DNA of 64,000 bases. It comes from Phoronis australis (Eukaryota; Animalia; Phoronida). The stretch lies in NCBI GenBank assembly GCA_002633005.1, contig NMRA01000001.1, forward strand, positions 1,707,755-1,771,754, written 5' to 3'. Of this stretch, positions 34,801 to 48,771 are shown in pieces. The first letter of the stretch is position 1. The number at the start of each line of letters is the position of its first letter. The notes under the pieces are model-generated. The model searched no databases, was not told where the DNA came from, and saw only the letters and a program-made list of their open reading frames with translations. Both the position numbers and the translations under genes were made by a program.

Positions 34801-36041
34801 TCATAAAAGTTAAGGAGTCTGCGGTAAAAATTTCCAGTTTGGCGAGAGCTTGTACCAGATTGTAGAAGTAGACAATATTGGATACCGGTATACCAATTAA
34901 AGATTATTATCAACAACCAAGGACTGTTTATATTTGGGGATGCATGGAAATGTTTCTATGATTTTTTGGATTGCCAATTCTATATTTTCAGATTTTTAAT
35001 GCCAAACGCAGTTATGTGTGCTATTGATGTCGAGAAACTTGAGCACCAAAATCATCCATTTTTTGGTTTTATTAATTTTTGCTTTTGAACAGAAAATGCC
35101 CGGGCAAATGACAAAATGTAATTGCATGCATTTTTTTAGTTTTGGATACTTTTATTTTCTTCAAAAATGGATTACAGATGCATGATATTTGGTTCACCTT
35201 TGATATTGACAGTCTTCCCTTTTTGACTGTTTCTGAAAACAATGAATAATTATTTAGCAGATTTAATTAGCAGATCAAGGATTGGCAGTTTTCACTCAGT
35301 ACGGTACATTCAGTAGGTATCTTTCCATAAAATTCTGCCAAGTGTAAAATTACTGCTTTATGTTTCAAGTTATTTCCTTTTAGCAATTCTGTGCTACAGG
35401 TTATAGCCCTATCCAGGATCAATAACTGAATGGAGTGAGCAATAGATCCACATTTATTTTTGATATTTTCAGAATGCAGTGTGGCCTTTTCCATGTGCCT
35501 ATCAGTGTGCCACAAATATTTGATACATTAACATTAGCCTGACTGCCGACAGCCCAGTGCCCACATGGTGGGGTATCCATCCAACTCATTCTAATGTCCA
35601 TATTCATGTCAGGTGTGCATCAAGCCTCCTGGCGTTATGTTAATCAATGTATCAAATGCAATGTTACCACAGACTGATGTTTTCCTAGTAAACAATAGTT
35701 TGTCGAGAGAGCTGATCAAAGCTTACTCTGATGTCGGGTAATGAACTGATTGCTGCTATCTTTTGTCCCTCTGCATTATGTTTCATTTGTTTATAACCAG
35801 TGCTTGTTCTTTTGCAGCTTAACAATTGTTTTTAATGCACTTGGTGAACACTAAGAAATCAGATGTGAGGGCAAGACAATGAAGTTAACAGTGATCAATC
35901 CAGTACCTGTAAGTCACCTATTTTCATCTCCTGATGAATGGAAAAATCTCACCAGTTTAGGATACAATGTGGCCAACAAGGAATTTTTTTTTCATTTCTT
36001 GTCACATATGATGACTCACAGTAAGTAAATGCCCCGTTACT

Positions 36042-37326
36042 ATGCGCCCACATATCATGTGGACGCATTATGCTGTCATCTCCGTCCGTCCGTCTGGCTT
36101 CCGCTGCTCTATCTCCAAAACCCTTTGACATACGTTCATGAAATTTGGCACATATGTTCCTTTCATGAATGGGACGGCACGAGTGAACTTTCTGACAGAT
36201 TCGACTACTGGTGTGTCCCCTAGTGGCAATTTTATTTTTTACACTTACCTCTATATCTTCAAAGGTCCTCAACATATTTTCATGAAATTTAGCATATAGG
36301 CATCTATTAGTGAGATGACGCTATCCTCCCGTTTTCGGATGGATTCAACGAAGTTTGCACCACCTAGTGGCCATTTTTGTTGTTTTCGAATCTGTTTTTT
36401 GGCGTCCACCCCTCTATCAACCAAACGGCTCTAAGGATGATTGTGAAAATTGGCATGTGTGTTCTTACTACATAGTTGACGATGATTTTCCGACGACTTT
36501 GACTACTGTGGTGCCTCCTAGTAGTATTTTTGTTTTTTTTGAGCCCATGGCTATATCTCCTAAACCGTTTGTAGCATCTTTGCTAAAGTATAGCAAGGGT
36601 ATTAACATTATGTTCATAACGGATGACAACAACTTTCGGACAGATCTGAGTACCACTGAGTGTGCACCCTAGTGACAATTTCAGATTTTTAGGTTTACCT
36701 CTGTGTCTTCAAAGGTCCTCAACAGGTTTTCAGAAAATTTGGAATGTTGGTATCTATTGGTGAGATGATTCTATCCTCCCATTTTCGGATGGAATCTAGG
36801 TCATGTACTTTGCGCCACCTAGTGGCCATTTTTCCTGTTTTCAAGTGTGTTTTTTGGCATCCACCCCTCAATCAACCAAACCATTCTAAGGATGCTTTGT
36901 GGCGTGTATGTTCTCAGGTGTCACACTGTGGCGCCTCTTAGTGATACTTTTGTTTTGTTTTGTGCCCATAGATGCATCTCCTTAACACACTGCATGGTCT
37001 TCATTAAATTTAGTAATTGTATTTATATGAAGCTAACAACAGACGACCTCTTTCAGGCTGATCCAATGAACGCTGTGCGTAATAATGGCAATTTCATTTT
37101 TTCCACTTTCCTTTGTTTCTCTGAAGTTCCTTGACAGATTTTTATGAAATTTGGTAAATAGCTTTCTATTAAAAAAGCCGCGGATGGCATTTTCCCGTTT
37201 TCAGGTGGGTTGGATGCTTTTGCACCATCTAGTGGCTATTTTTATGAAATAAATAAACAACCCTAGAAGCACACCGTTTGCGTTGCATTCGTGGGCGCAT
37301 TTCAACGCTACTGCGTTGCTCTTGTT
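36042..37326 (+). mobile_element. Best-preserved HINE/DINE-1-like element
   Basis: subTIR atgcgcccac (36042) / gtgggcgcat (37291); 5' hairpin atgcgcccacat..atgtggacgcat; (CCGT)n microsatellite at about 36081; ~420-bp internal tandem units; 3' hairpin caacgc-tact-gcgttg then ctcttgtt. Confidence 0.82.
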
Positions 37327-40300
37327 TTAAAATTCCATGCCATTGGTACCCTCAGATTATGTTTTTGGAAAACTGAGCATTCACAACAATGTTCAGTAGC
37401 CTTTGAAAATGAAACAAATTTTCCAAAATTGGTGAGATTTTGCAGTATGTTTCAATGTAACGTTGGTGCATGTAAATCGAGCTGTGTTGTATAATCTAAC
37501 CAAAGTCCGGTCTACACTACGACTTATCATACAACAACTTAACTCCTGGAATGAGTTGTCTCTAGGTTTAGTTGTAATTTGGACATTATTTGACTCGTGT
37601 ATGACAACCTACAACACCTTCAAGGTAAGACAATTTTTTCTAGATAACTTGCCCCAGTGCAAGTCCTAGTGCATAAGGCAAATCTTATGCTGACAGGATT
37701 TGCACGCAAGTGGATGAGAAAGCATGCACTATTTACCTCACTGAGAGTATCCAGCAAATTCCTCAGCACCTCAAATGCTTAATGGTGCTGTCACAGATTC
37801 GTTACACACCTTCGATATGGAATGAGTATCCTGACTTGACTGTCGGTCTGATCGGACAGTAGGGATACAGCTGTGACCTTATCAGTTTGACAGTGGCAAA
37901 CCAATGTTTATATAGTCCAGCTTTCTTATTGTCCACTTTCATCTGATAAGCTCATGCAATCCAGCAGTTATGGGCCTGACAATAACCGATATTTAAAAAT
38001 ACTATTTGCAAACAATTTTCAGCAAATGTTGTGAAGCTGATGTGGTTTAAAGGAAAATATACTCTCACCAAAAACCTTCCATGGGTTGACATAATTTTCT
38101 CCTGTTGATTCCTTTGTGTGACTGTACGCTCTGACCAGTTTAACCACAGAATTGTTTACCAACACAAAAGGCATGCTTTAGTGACAAGTTTAATCAAGAG
38201 TAATTAAAGAGTTTCAAGATTAGACCATGATAGTGGAAAGTTTTTGATTTTTACACTCCAGGAGAATGGTGCCTAATGTTGAAGTGAGCTAGTCGCTATT
38301 CATTGGGTTTGTACATGTTTGATGAGGTACCAATTACCGTCGTTCGTAAACCAACACACCTGTTTATCATACAAGTTTCAAAGTAAAAAAATGGACAATA
38401 AGTAAGGCAAACAACCAACACGGCTGTGATTGAAATGTAGTAACTAGCCATCGTTGGAATTTTTAAAATCGATATAATATAAGAGAAATCATTTTTTCAG
38501 CATCGCAGCTAAGCCACGACCATTAATTTGTGAATCGATCAGGACGGGTTAGTCACAGTGTGGATTAGGCTCGCTTAGGCGTTGGGGTAACAAACCCCCA
38601 AATGTTTTCGTAGGAATTGCCTCGTGGCCAACGTGGCTGCAAACCTGCAGAAAAAAACGGAAGTAATTACCAGTAATTGATTAGTTGCGTGATTGCTCAG
38701 TTACATACATACCAGTATCTAATCCAGTTTGTGCCATAATTGCCCTGGATCACTAATTCGGTAATTGCTCTGCTTTACACAACTGGGACCTTAGATCAGT
38801 GTTCCTGATACAGTCTTCTGAAATTCGTGTAAATGTATTGAGTAAGTGAGACAGGCTGAGTTTGTAATGCTTTGTCAAGATTGCCTAACAAATAGACTTC
38901 TTCTGCTGGGTCAATTTGCTGATATATACTTTTAAAGGAGCTAAATGTATTTAAATGGCTAGTTGGAAAGTAAATTCCATATGGTCACACTATGCCATTT
39001 TAGTTGAAGTGTGCAGGGGATTGCTCCAATTTTTCCATTCATCTCTCATCCAATCCCTGAACCTGTATAGAAATGACTTGTTGTTACATAACCACATAAA
39101 ATCCCAGGTCAAAAGAACTATCTGACTGGGCTTTCAGTCTTTTCAACACCTAGTTCCATTACTTCCTCTTGCAGCATATTGTGTACCTTATGTAAGTGTA
39201 GGAGTGACACTTGATCAATTGATTCTCCAGTCATATTAGATGACCTGTTTACACATTCAGTCTCACATGTGCTGAAGTCTATAAGAAGTTGGTGATCTAT
39301 GTAGCTAGAGAAACAGCTGTGATACATATCTTGGACCCCTGTGGTCATCTGAGGGGCTGCAAAGACCACCTGTTGCTATCAGCATGAAGTACAAGCTTGT
39401 GCACATCAGGGTGGGTACTGCTGGGTTTTAGTTGACTGTCTGTTACATGTTTGCATAATGTGTGTTTATTGTCAGTGCGTAGCTGGATAGTGCCCTGTTG
39501 TACTCTCACCTTGCGATTGGGACTTATTTTGTCCAGGTCATTAGGTAAATAAGGAATTCACCATCAAAATGTAAAACTGACTTAAACTTTCATGGGCTGA
39601 ATCCTAGGATATGATCCCTGGTTTCCAGATTCCGAGATGTCCGAACCTAATGCTTCCCCCCAGCCTCAGTGTCTGGATGTCCTAGTAATTTGAGGCAATT
39701 TATGTAGAGAAACATGTCATGACTATGGAGTCCTGTTCATTTTTGTATTTACTTATTTGCTTACTTAAAGTGGCACTGCACAGGTGTCAATGGTGAATTC
39801 CTAACTGAAGTACTTTGGGCATAAAAAATATTTCCATACTGTTCCAATCTCGGATTGTTGCCAAATGAGCCGTCAACGTGCCATTTTTGAATTTTAGCAA
39901 TCTTAGGGTTGGCCAACCCTAGTGACCTCTGTAGTATTTTCTTGAGACACTGATGGTTTTGATGTTCTTAACAGAAATACAAATCACAGTAAAGATTATT
40001 ACGAGAGAAAGTTTACATATGGTCTTACCAAATTGTTGAAATTTAGCCAACTTCGGAACATCATATTTTATTTCAGAATTTGCTGATTGGATTTATATGA
40101 AACTTTCAGATGCTAAGCTTTATGCACTGTTCTGCAAAATGCTGTTAAAAATTGATTTAAAATGTTTCTCTTTTTCATGAGGGGCTATCAAAGATAGGAC
40201 TTTTATAATTTTGATGAAAAAATCAAGTTTCATAAATTGAAAATAAAATGATAATTTAGAAAAGTGTAATAGCGTTTTTGAGATTTCATCAACATGTACA

Positions 40301-41638
40301 TCAAACAAAATGTGGTCTTGTTATTTATGCCATTGATCTGTGTGATTGTTCCTTAAATATTGTTTTTGCTAAATTTTATTAAAAAAGACAAGGTCACATG
40401 ACCCAATTAATGCCAGTTTGGTGTAAAATCAATAATGAAACTCAAAAGGCCTACTTGAGATCTCGTATGTCATTGAATACTTTTTGAGTTGTGTTAACTC
40501 AGTGTACAATAACTAGAGGAGAATAGGAGTGAGATCAGGTATGAGTGGCCTTTTGAATGCATCGTAACTCTGAATAACAATCGAATGTACTCAGCAGTCG
40601 ACGCTTAGGCTAAACGCCAAGTTGCATTTGGAGACCTGGCAAAACTCTCAGGTCGCCAAGCGAAATCGACAAAACTGAAAATCTCGGACAGGCGCCTAAA
40701 TCAATTTCCAGGTTTCTTCTCTGGGCGTCGTAAAACAACAGAAAAGTTCGCCGTAAATACCTAAATATAGGCGGTTAACCTTCATTCTCTAGCCAGTGTA
40801 CGGACATAGAACGCAGATGACTGCACTGGGCTAGTGACGCGAATTTTGCCGATCTTGCCCGATTTTTGCTGAAAAATTCCTACTTGTGTTCATTTACTTC
40901 CTCTTGCAATTTAAACGTGGTTTCAATGTGCTGATTTCATGAAATGAACGAACAGTTGTGAATCGAAGATGATAAATCTTGTAAAACTGTTTGTAATTTA
41001 AAGTTTGGAAATCGACATGAACTTTGAATGAAATGAATTTAGAGGGATATATATGTGTTGTCTGACTTTGATACTCTCACAGTGGTGACTTTGTTGCGAA
41101 TTTTTCCCCGAGGTTGCAATATTGGCAACCTGCATTGGTATTACTTGGATGCCATTGCTATCAATCAGAAACTCATTGTTTTTTTATTTCTTGGGTGAAT
41201 CCCCAAACACTATTACAAAAAAATTGAATAGGGTTATTGTTATCTGATAACTAGCGCCATACAAGAATGATTAATTGCTTGCTGATAACCTTTGCTAGTA
41301 GTGTTGTTCCATGGTTAGGAGAGTAATCCATCAGAGGGAACATTTTGAGGAATGAAACCTAGTATGTGAATTGTTAAAATATGCCACCACACAAGTGACA
41401 ATTTGATGGCACGATGGTCATTAAACATTTATAAAAATGCTGGGAAATAAATCTGACTGCATTAAAAACCCATACAAAATGCAGAAAGATGTCCACCAAG
41501 CACTTCATTGCCATCTGGTAACAAGGTGTATTTCATCGTGATGCCCTTGTATTGAAATTGTACTGTTAATCCCTATAAAATCCTTCGAAAGGGTGACCTT
41601 TATATGGACGTTCCCTACCATTAGGTCCTTTATTCTTA

Positions 41639-42150
41639 AGGCCCTTTCATATTGATTTAACTATGGTCTGAGCGGAGCGTCGACGTAAACAGCGCAGTTA
41701 ACTGGACCGTTCATACTGGCTTTGGTACCATCGAAGTAAAGGGTTGGTGACGCTGACGTCATTGAAGTTATCGCAAGGTAGCGCTGCACGCTAAGATTTT
41801 TTTCAATGTGACAATTTGGAACATTTAAATGTGCTAAATGACATTAAACTTATTTTTAAATCGATTGGTTATCATTAAAGCGAAAAATAAGCATTTATTA
41901 GTGACGGCACTACTCTGTAACTGTTGACGATAACAGTGGCACCTGGCGATAACTTCGATTGGACCGGAGTTAAGCGTTCATACTGCACCGCAGCATCAAC
42001 GCTGCGGCGTCAACGCTGCGGTCTTAAATCCACCAATTAACTGCGATGTTAACTGGAGCTGTTAACTGCGATCCAGGACCGGAGTTAAGCGTTCATACTG
42101 ACCGCAACTCCCCAAATCATCGACGCGTTGACGTTAGTATGAAAGGCCCT
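41639..42150. mobile_element. PIF/Harbinger-type (Tourist-like) MITE, 512 bp, TTA TSD
   Basis: TIR aggccctttcata / tatgaaaggccct, flanked by tta on both sides; internal repeat ggaccggagttaagcgttcatactg occurs twice. Confidence 0.85.
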
Positions 42151-42734
42151 TTAGTGAATGAGTATCCTAAGTTTCCTGGTGCCCACCTGTCAAAGTATAG
42201 TAGTCTAGTTCCCCCTACCCCTGTGCACTTGTCGCATAGCTCTATGTACATTGCAGCCATAGCTTGCCACTTGTCAATGAAGTTGTTTTTTAATGTTGCG
42301 AGGTAAGTTGCAACACATCTGAGTGAGGCAATCGTTCTTCAACAGAGTCTGCTGTCTGCTCAAAAGTTTGTTAGGGGCCCTATCTTTCGAATTTTAGGTC
42401 ATGCACACAATACATTTAAATATTTCCACTAAAGAGGTAAGGTGACTCCTGTATGTGGGAATTACATGGTTATTCCTGCAATTTTATTGAGTGGATAGAT
42501 TTCACTACGGTTGCCATGGTTGAGTGTTAACTTTTTTATAATATTTACGCAGTGACAGGTGTGCAAATTGACTTGGTCACGCCACCAGGTGATTTTTCCC
42601 TGGTTGTTTTTAAACATCAACTGAACTACTGCATGAGTTGATTTTGATAAAACAGACCTCTAGTGCAGCAGGCACTGTAAAAGATCTGCGTTTGAAAGTG
42701 AGTAAAACATAGGTACGCTCTATATTCATATACC

Positions 42735-42812
42735 TGTGTGTGTGTGTGCGTGTGTGTGTGTGTGTGCGCGCATGTGTGTGGGCGCGTGTGTGTGTGCGCG
42801 CGTGCGTGTGTG
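42735..42812. repeat. (TG)n/(CG) compound microsatellite
   Basis: Directly visible; a variant copy lies at 50404-50480. Confidence 0.95.
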
Positions 42813-45163
42813 TTGCATCATTTGTTAGAGTGGAACAGGGTTACGGTTTTATACACAAAATGGTGGTGCATCATATGTGCCCACAATGTCTTGATATTGA
42901 ATATTCCGTAAAACTGATTAAAACTTTTGTTCCTGATGGGCATTTTTGTATGTTTCTTTTAGGCAGACGATGAAACCTTCCTATTTTCAGACGGGCTTCC
43001 CATATTTTGCATCATTTAGTTACGATACCGGAATAGAAGCATACCGTTTGTGGTGTAGTCATGTTGCTTTTGTTTCATTGTTGAAGTACTTTTAACGTTG
43101 TTGTGAATGGCCACATTTTTCACAACATACAATGGTTAAGTTATGATGTAGAAGTTGAACATGGAAAAGCATTAATTTGGTTTGAAGTATCTTTCATTTA
43201 AAATCATAAAATAAAATGCCATATTGTGTCTTAAATTGGTGAAACTTTACCGTAGGCATTTACTGGTACCTGAACAGCCTAAACGGGTACCTAAACGCCC
43301 GTCAAGTAAAACCTAGCAGAAGCCCCATAAAACATAGTTGGAGAATATGGATATTTTTCCGCTCGAATAAGACATGGTGATGACGAAACACTGAATGTTC
43401 ATTACTCAAAAGTAAGCGAGTTTTGTATTTTTGAGTTGCTAAAGTTTGCAGAGAGGCTTTTTATACACTCACGTGGATGAATGTTGTCATCCCTTGCTGG
43501 AAGTTCACATGAAAATTGACATTTGGTTTCTATGGAAGACAACACGTGCTCATTTTATGGCATATTGTATGCAGTGGCATATTTTGTACTTCAGTGTCCT
43601 CTTTGGCATATGTCTTTCTTTCTGTTAAACAATTTGAAAAATCAAATAGTAGTCAAATCAGGTAATTTGAAGGGGTCCTTTTTCGACGAAAAACCTAGGT
43701 GGCGATGATTTTTGAACTAACAGTTCTTGGTAGAATGTTTTATGTTTGGCAGATTACGTTATGTCCAGGATAGAGCTCCAGTTTTTAACCATTTTCAGTT
43801 CTGACTTGTGCAGTGTCCCCTAGTGACAATTTTATTAGTTAACTTTTGGCATCCATCTCTCTATTTCAAATCTTATTTAGTGGCCTCCATTCTAACTGGT
43901 ATAATATCAAAAAAACACGCTTTGTCAACTAGTAAAAGTATATATTTTCTGAAAGAAAAAAGATCAGAGATTATAAAAATATATATTTTTTGCCATTGTT
44001 ATTGTTACTTGAACACCTTTTTCAAGTAAAATTTCATTTTTCAGAAAGGTACATTCATAGCAAATTAATGCCTGGGTCAATTTTATTAAAACCTTTTTTA
44101 AATAAAAATTTCACCAGTTACCTCAAAAGCGCTGTTAGGAATTTTTGATTAGTGTCTTAGTTTGGTTTCTGTGACAAATCCAACTTGCAAAACGTAAGGT
44201 GTTTTTTGTGAAAAAATAGCAGTCGTATTCATCTTTATTACATTACGCAAAAACTAGGCCTTTATATCGAAAATCCTGAGTTTTTGAGATTGATGAATAA
44301 ATGTTGAGTTTGGAAAGTTTTAGTGAAATTCACTGAGCCGTTTTCGAGAACTAGTGTTCCTAAGTTTAAATTAAGTTGATTTGCCGAAGCCGAGAAAAAG
44401 CTGATTAAGTTGGGACACGTGAAAATCTCAAGGTCTGGTTAATTCTTCCGTGAAAACTTGTTTTTGGTCAATAGAACTGATGCATGCCTTAACCTTGTTC
44501 ACTATTTCAATATTCACTCTCAATGTCAATTAAATTTGCAGTACGCAATTTAATTATCGCTAAAACGTTTAATTTTGTTACCCTCTCCAGTCTGAGAGGG
44601 GGATCAACTTAAAAGTAGGTCAACAATTCACTGTTACACACACCATGCGCCAGGAGACTGATATGAAACCAAGTCTGTTAAAGCACGTGGTGAGCATGAG
44701 ATGGATGAGGCGAAATGTCAAGTTTCCTATAAAATTAAGGAATTTGGGTGGGGATTTATCTCTTTTCACAAGTTGCTGTGTTTGTGAACACAAAGTCACA
44801 GAGGCATGAGGTGACTTAGAGCATTCGTTCTTAATGGTTGTATGCATGCAAACGCACAGCTCCCTCAGGATCAAAACCGTGTCCATGGCATCTTTCTATC
44901 TAATGTACACCCCGTTGACTCAATATTATGGCAACTCGATAAATGAAACGACTGAGGGAACGTAGGGAGCTGCTCTGTGCCTAGCGGAAGATTCGATTTG
45001 AGTGACAGCCCCGTAACCCATGACCTAAGATAAGTAGCAAACAAATTTCCATGCAGTTGTGCAATTCCGAGGTGGTTCTGCTCGATCTTTTTTTCTAGCT
45101 ACTGGTATATATTTCGTATTTGAAGCCCCCCGAGAATGAAGATAAGGTAATTTATTAGATATA

Positions 45164-46153
45164 CCGTAAACGTTCGGGTTAACGCCCATACTCAGTTAAC
45201 CGCCCACCCCCTACTTTAGGTGGATTTTCGATTTAACCGCCTACTGCTCGGTTAAGCGCCCCTTGCGATTTTGAAGATTTCTAGTTAAGCGCCCACCTCT
45301 CGGTTAAGCGCCCATCCCCGACTTAGAATGAAGATTTAGCGCCCAGTGCTAAGGAAACACGCAATTCCCCGACTTTTAGAAAAAGATTGATGATCACAAT
45401 GAGCGCAACGACGCCGGGCCTCCGAGATGGTGGTTTAGCAATGTGAATTGCAATTATACAATTTTTTTTTTTTTATACAATTAACGAGTTGTTGTCTTGG
45501 GTCATTGACTCACTTCAAAATATAATACTTGAACGTTTTTGTCACTTTATTTTCTTCACATGTTTGCAAAGTTTAAGAACGCCGCCGGCGTCAAAACCTC
45601 CGCTTTCAGTGACTTTGTCTGCCCTGCTGAGTTTTCGTCTGCAGTGCACTTGATAAAACATATATTCGAAAAAATCAGGCCAGAGAAATGAGACAGTGGT
45701 TATAAGTATATAGTCACGCCCGTTTCTGTTATTTAGGACTGTCGCTATTCTCTTTTGATGAGTGACTTTGTAGTGGTGCACGCGCGCAAGTTCCCACACT
45801 TTGGAGTGCATGTTACCTTGACACCAACATGTGATTGACAGGTGACTCGTATGTAGGCCCTACGCGTGTGCTGAATCCCGCCGCTATCTTTGGCCATAAA
45901 AAACGAGATGCATATTGAAAGAGGCCGTTATATTACTTGACGGCATTTCCAAGTCACGATTGTCAGCCGACTGAGACATTGCGCGCTAACAACGGGACCA
46001 AACAGTGCCGCAGTGNCCCATGTTCGGTTAACCGCCCACCCTGGATTTTTTGAAGTTTCACGTTTAAGCGCCCATGTCTGGTTAACCGCCCACCCCCGAT
46101 TTTTTTGGTTTGCCAATTCAAACCTCCCAGGGCGTTTACCCGAACGTTTACGG
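45164..46153. mobile_element. Tc2/pogo-like MITE with both ends, about 990 bp, TA TSD
   Basis: TIRs ccgtaaacgttcgggttaacgccc / gggcgtttacccgaacgtttacgg flanked by TA; subterminal arrays of ttaa(c/g)cgcccac; empty site visible at about 52990. An internal n at 46016 makes the length uncertain. Confidence 0.93.
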
Positions 46154-47873
46154 TATGTGAAATATTGTAAAACTTGACAATTTCTGTGAATAAGGTTTGA
46201 GATATCCTTAAGAAAGGTTCAATAGAACATATAGACATATCTGACATATTGTAAAAACGACTAATTTTTGTGAATAAGGTTTGAGATACCCTTAAGTTGG
46301 GGCTGGGTGTTAAACCACGCATGGGCATTTGGAAATTAAGCTTTATCCTGTTAATGGGCATCAACCCAGAGGAATGTGGTGTATTTTTAATATTTTGATT
46401 TGTTTCTGGTTTGCTATAAATATTTTCCGTCATGAGATTTTTAGTTACAAAGTGATAAGGTGTGTTCATTTCCTCTGTTTGGAATTGAATCATGATCAAT
46501 GGAAACTGTCCGTTGAGATTTCCAATGCTGCTGCTCTTTCTCTAGTCTCAGATGTGACATTTGCATTGCTTCTATGTAGTGTGGATGAATCCCTGTCATA
46601 AACAACTGATAACTCCATATATTTGTGTAGTGGGTTTGGTCAGGCAAAGGCCTGACTATAAATTTGTGTCTGCTCTGAATTTTATTGTCTTCGCATGCTA
46701 ATGTCATGTCAATAAAAGGCTTGGATGAAATTTCTGTGTAGAAAACTCGGTCATGTAGTTGTTAAGTTATGATCAGGATTGTAAACAGCTCACAAAGAAA
46801 AACTCTCATTGACAAAAGTAATGGCCCACTCCAGGTGTTCAAGTTCATTGAGTTGCTATTGAGAAAACCGGTGTCTATGAGTGTGAAAAGTGCCTGCCTA
46901 ATGATATTGCCACTTATAATTGACATGTTGAGAACAGCAGGTACTAATCAATTGATTTCTTATGTTTATGTACCATGTTATGGAATAACAACAGATTGGT
47001 TGTGTGGGGTCAAGAAATGCAAATTGCAGTACAATTATCATTTTCAAGACAGGAAACAATTATTAATTTTTAATGAACAGGATAGCCATTCTACTATTTC
47101 ATTTCGGACTCTTATGAACCTTTTCTTCAACAAGATGAGTGGGTGTGTTCCGCTGTTATCACTGTCCTAATCCAGACCAAAGGAGTACCTGGTCTACTGG
47201 GAAAATGTAACTGAGACAACAGAGAGGGGTAAACAATGTACACAAAAGTGTGTACAGCATCAGGATACTGACTCTCTGAGCAAACTGTGGCACCCAATCC
47301 TCCAACCCATCCAATCTTAGACTCCCCACTTTAGGATGGATAAAGAGAAGACTGTATGCTGTGCTCCCTTCTTGAATAATTGACCCACAAGAATTGTTGA
47401 CTCAGCCACCAAGGAGCAGATAATCATGGTTTAAGAACATTGACTGCCAGTGACATGTTGCTTTGAGAATAAGAATTCAACTTCAATAATATGGTAGTTC
47501 CCTGACTTATTGAACCTCGCACCTTTTATGAATACTGTCGTAGTCTACTAGTTTTACTGATCAAATCAATGAATCATGACAAGAATGAGGAACTACTGAT
47601 GTAAGAAATGGCTTTTTGTTTTTATTGCACTTGTTTTTATTTTCAGTCTGGTTGCACATATACACTATATAAACAGCGTCTTTTTAGCAAGAAAAACAAG
47701 GGATTGACAGGTGGATTAAGAAAAGCTGTCAATTAACATTTCTATTGCCTTCAGAGGCACAGTGCTGTTGGTCTATAGTGTCAAACAAGGTTGAAACTAA
47801 AGTGTTTTCATTATTAAGACAATCCTGAAGGTATATGACTTTTTAGACCATAACATCTGATAATTCATAGTTT

Positions 47874-48771
47874 ATTGTGCCCACAATACACTCAGCAGAT
47901 AGATAGGGGACAAGGGCACAATGAACACATGTGTATGAGCATCATACCGTCCATCTGGCGCCAGCAGCTGTTATGTGTCTCTCTAAATCTCAATATTCAA
48001 AGTATCTTCAAAATTGGTAGGTCATGCTGAGAAGAGGAGGGCCGACAGTTATTTTTGGACGGCTCTGACTACCGTACTGGGTTTCCCCTTGTGGCATTTT
48101 TGTGTGTTTGTCCGTTCTTCTTAGATCCTGTGCCAAGCCTTATGACAACTGTATTTCTACAAACATGACAACAAATGAGCCCTCCAGTGGTAATTCTGTA
48201 TTTTAACAGTTGCCTTTGACTCTTGACTCCTTGACGGATTATTTGAAATTTGCTGAACATGGTGGATGCAATGGTTTTGCACAACCTGGAGGCCATTTTT
48301 ATCATTTTGGTGTCTGTTTTTGGCATATTGCTCTTTGTCTCCAAAATTGCTCAAAGAATTTAGATGTGTTGTTACTGAGGAGATTGTGACTGACCTTAAT
48401 TTTCGGACAGCTCCGACTGTTCTGCCACATTCTAATGATGTTTTTTGAGTCTACAGCTGTATGGTTTAAATGCCTTATAGAATTTTTGTGAAATTTGGCA
48501 TTTGTATTTTTATGGACATGATAACAAATTAATAACAATTTTTGGATGTATCCATTCTGCTTTCACCCCCAGTGGCAATATCATTTTTTACATTTTCTTC
48601 TTTATCTTCAGAGTACATTGACGGATTTTCATGAATGTGTTTCCAAGAAAGAAACAATGATATCATTCACATTTTTTAATGGATTCCGTGAATTTTATAC
48701 CACCTAGTGGCCATTCTTATTGTTTTCGGAATCTGCCTCTGTGTCATTCATTGATTTTATCAAAATTAAGG
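47874..48771 (+). mobile_element. Degenerate HINE-like element, copy A
   Basis: tgtgcccaca start, ccgtccatctggcg, and the family motifs ccacctagtggccatt and tttgtgaaatttggc. Confidence 0.55.

Noticed and set aside
37935-37953. AGCTTATCAGA match to miR-21 on the minus strand
   Set aside because: Only 11 nt match, the rest differs, and miR-21 is a vertebrate family.
39118-39369. 83-aa ORF with protein-like composition
   Set aside because: No identifiable family or convincing splice sites; possibly a transposase remnant but unsupported.
45963-47170. 178-aa and 133-aa ORFs, with counterparts in copy B
   Set aside because: No domain signal; one runs through a MITE and an n; the frames are not preserved between copies.
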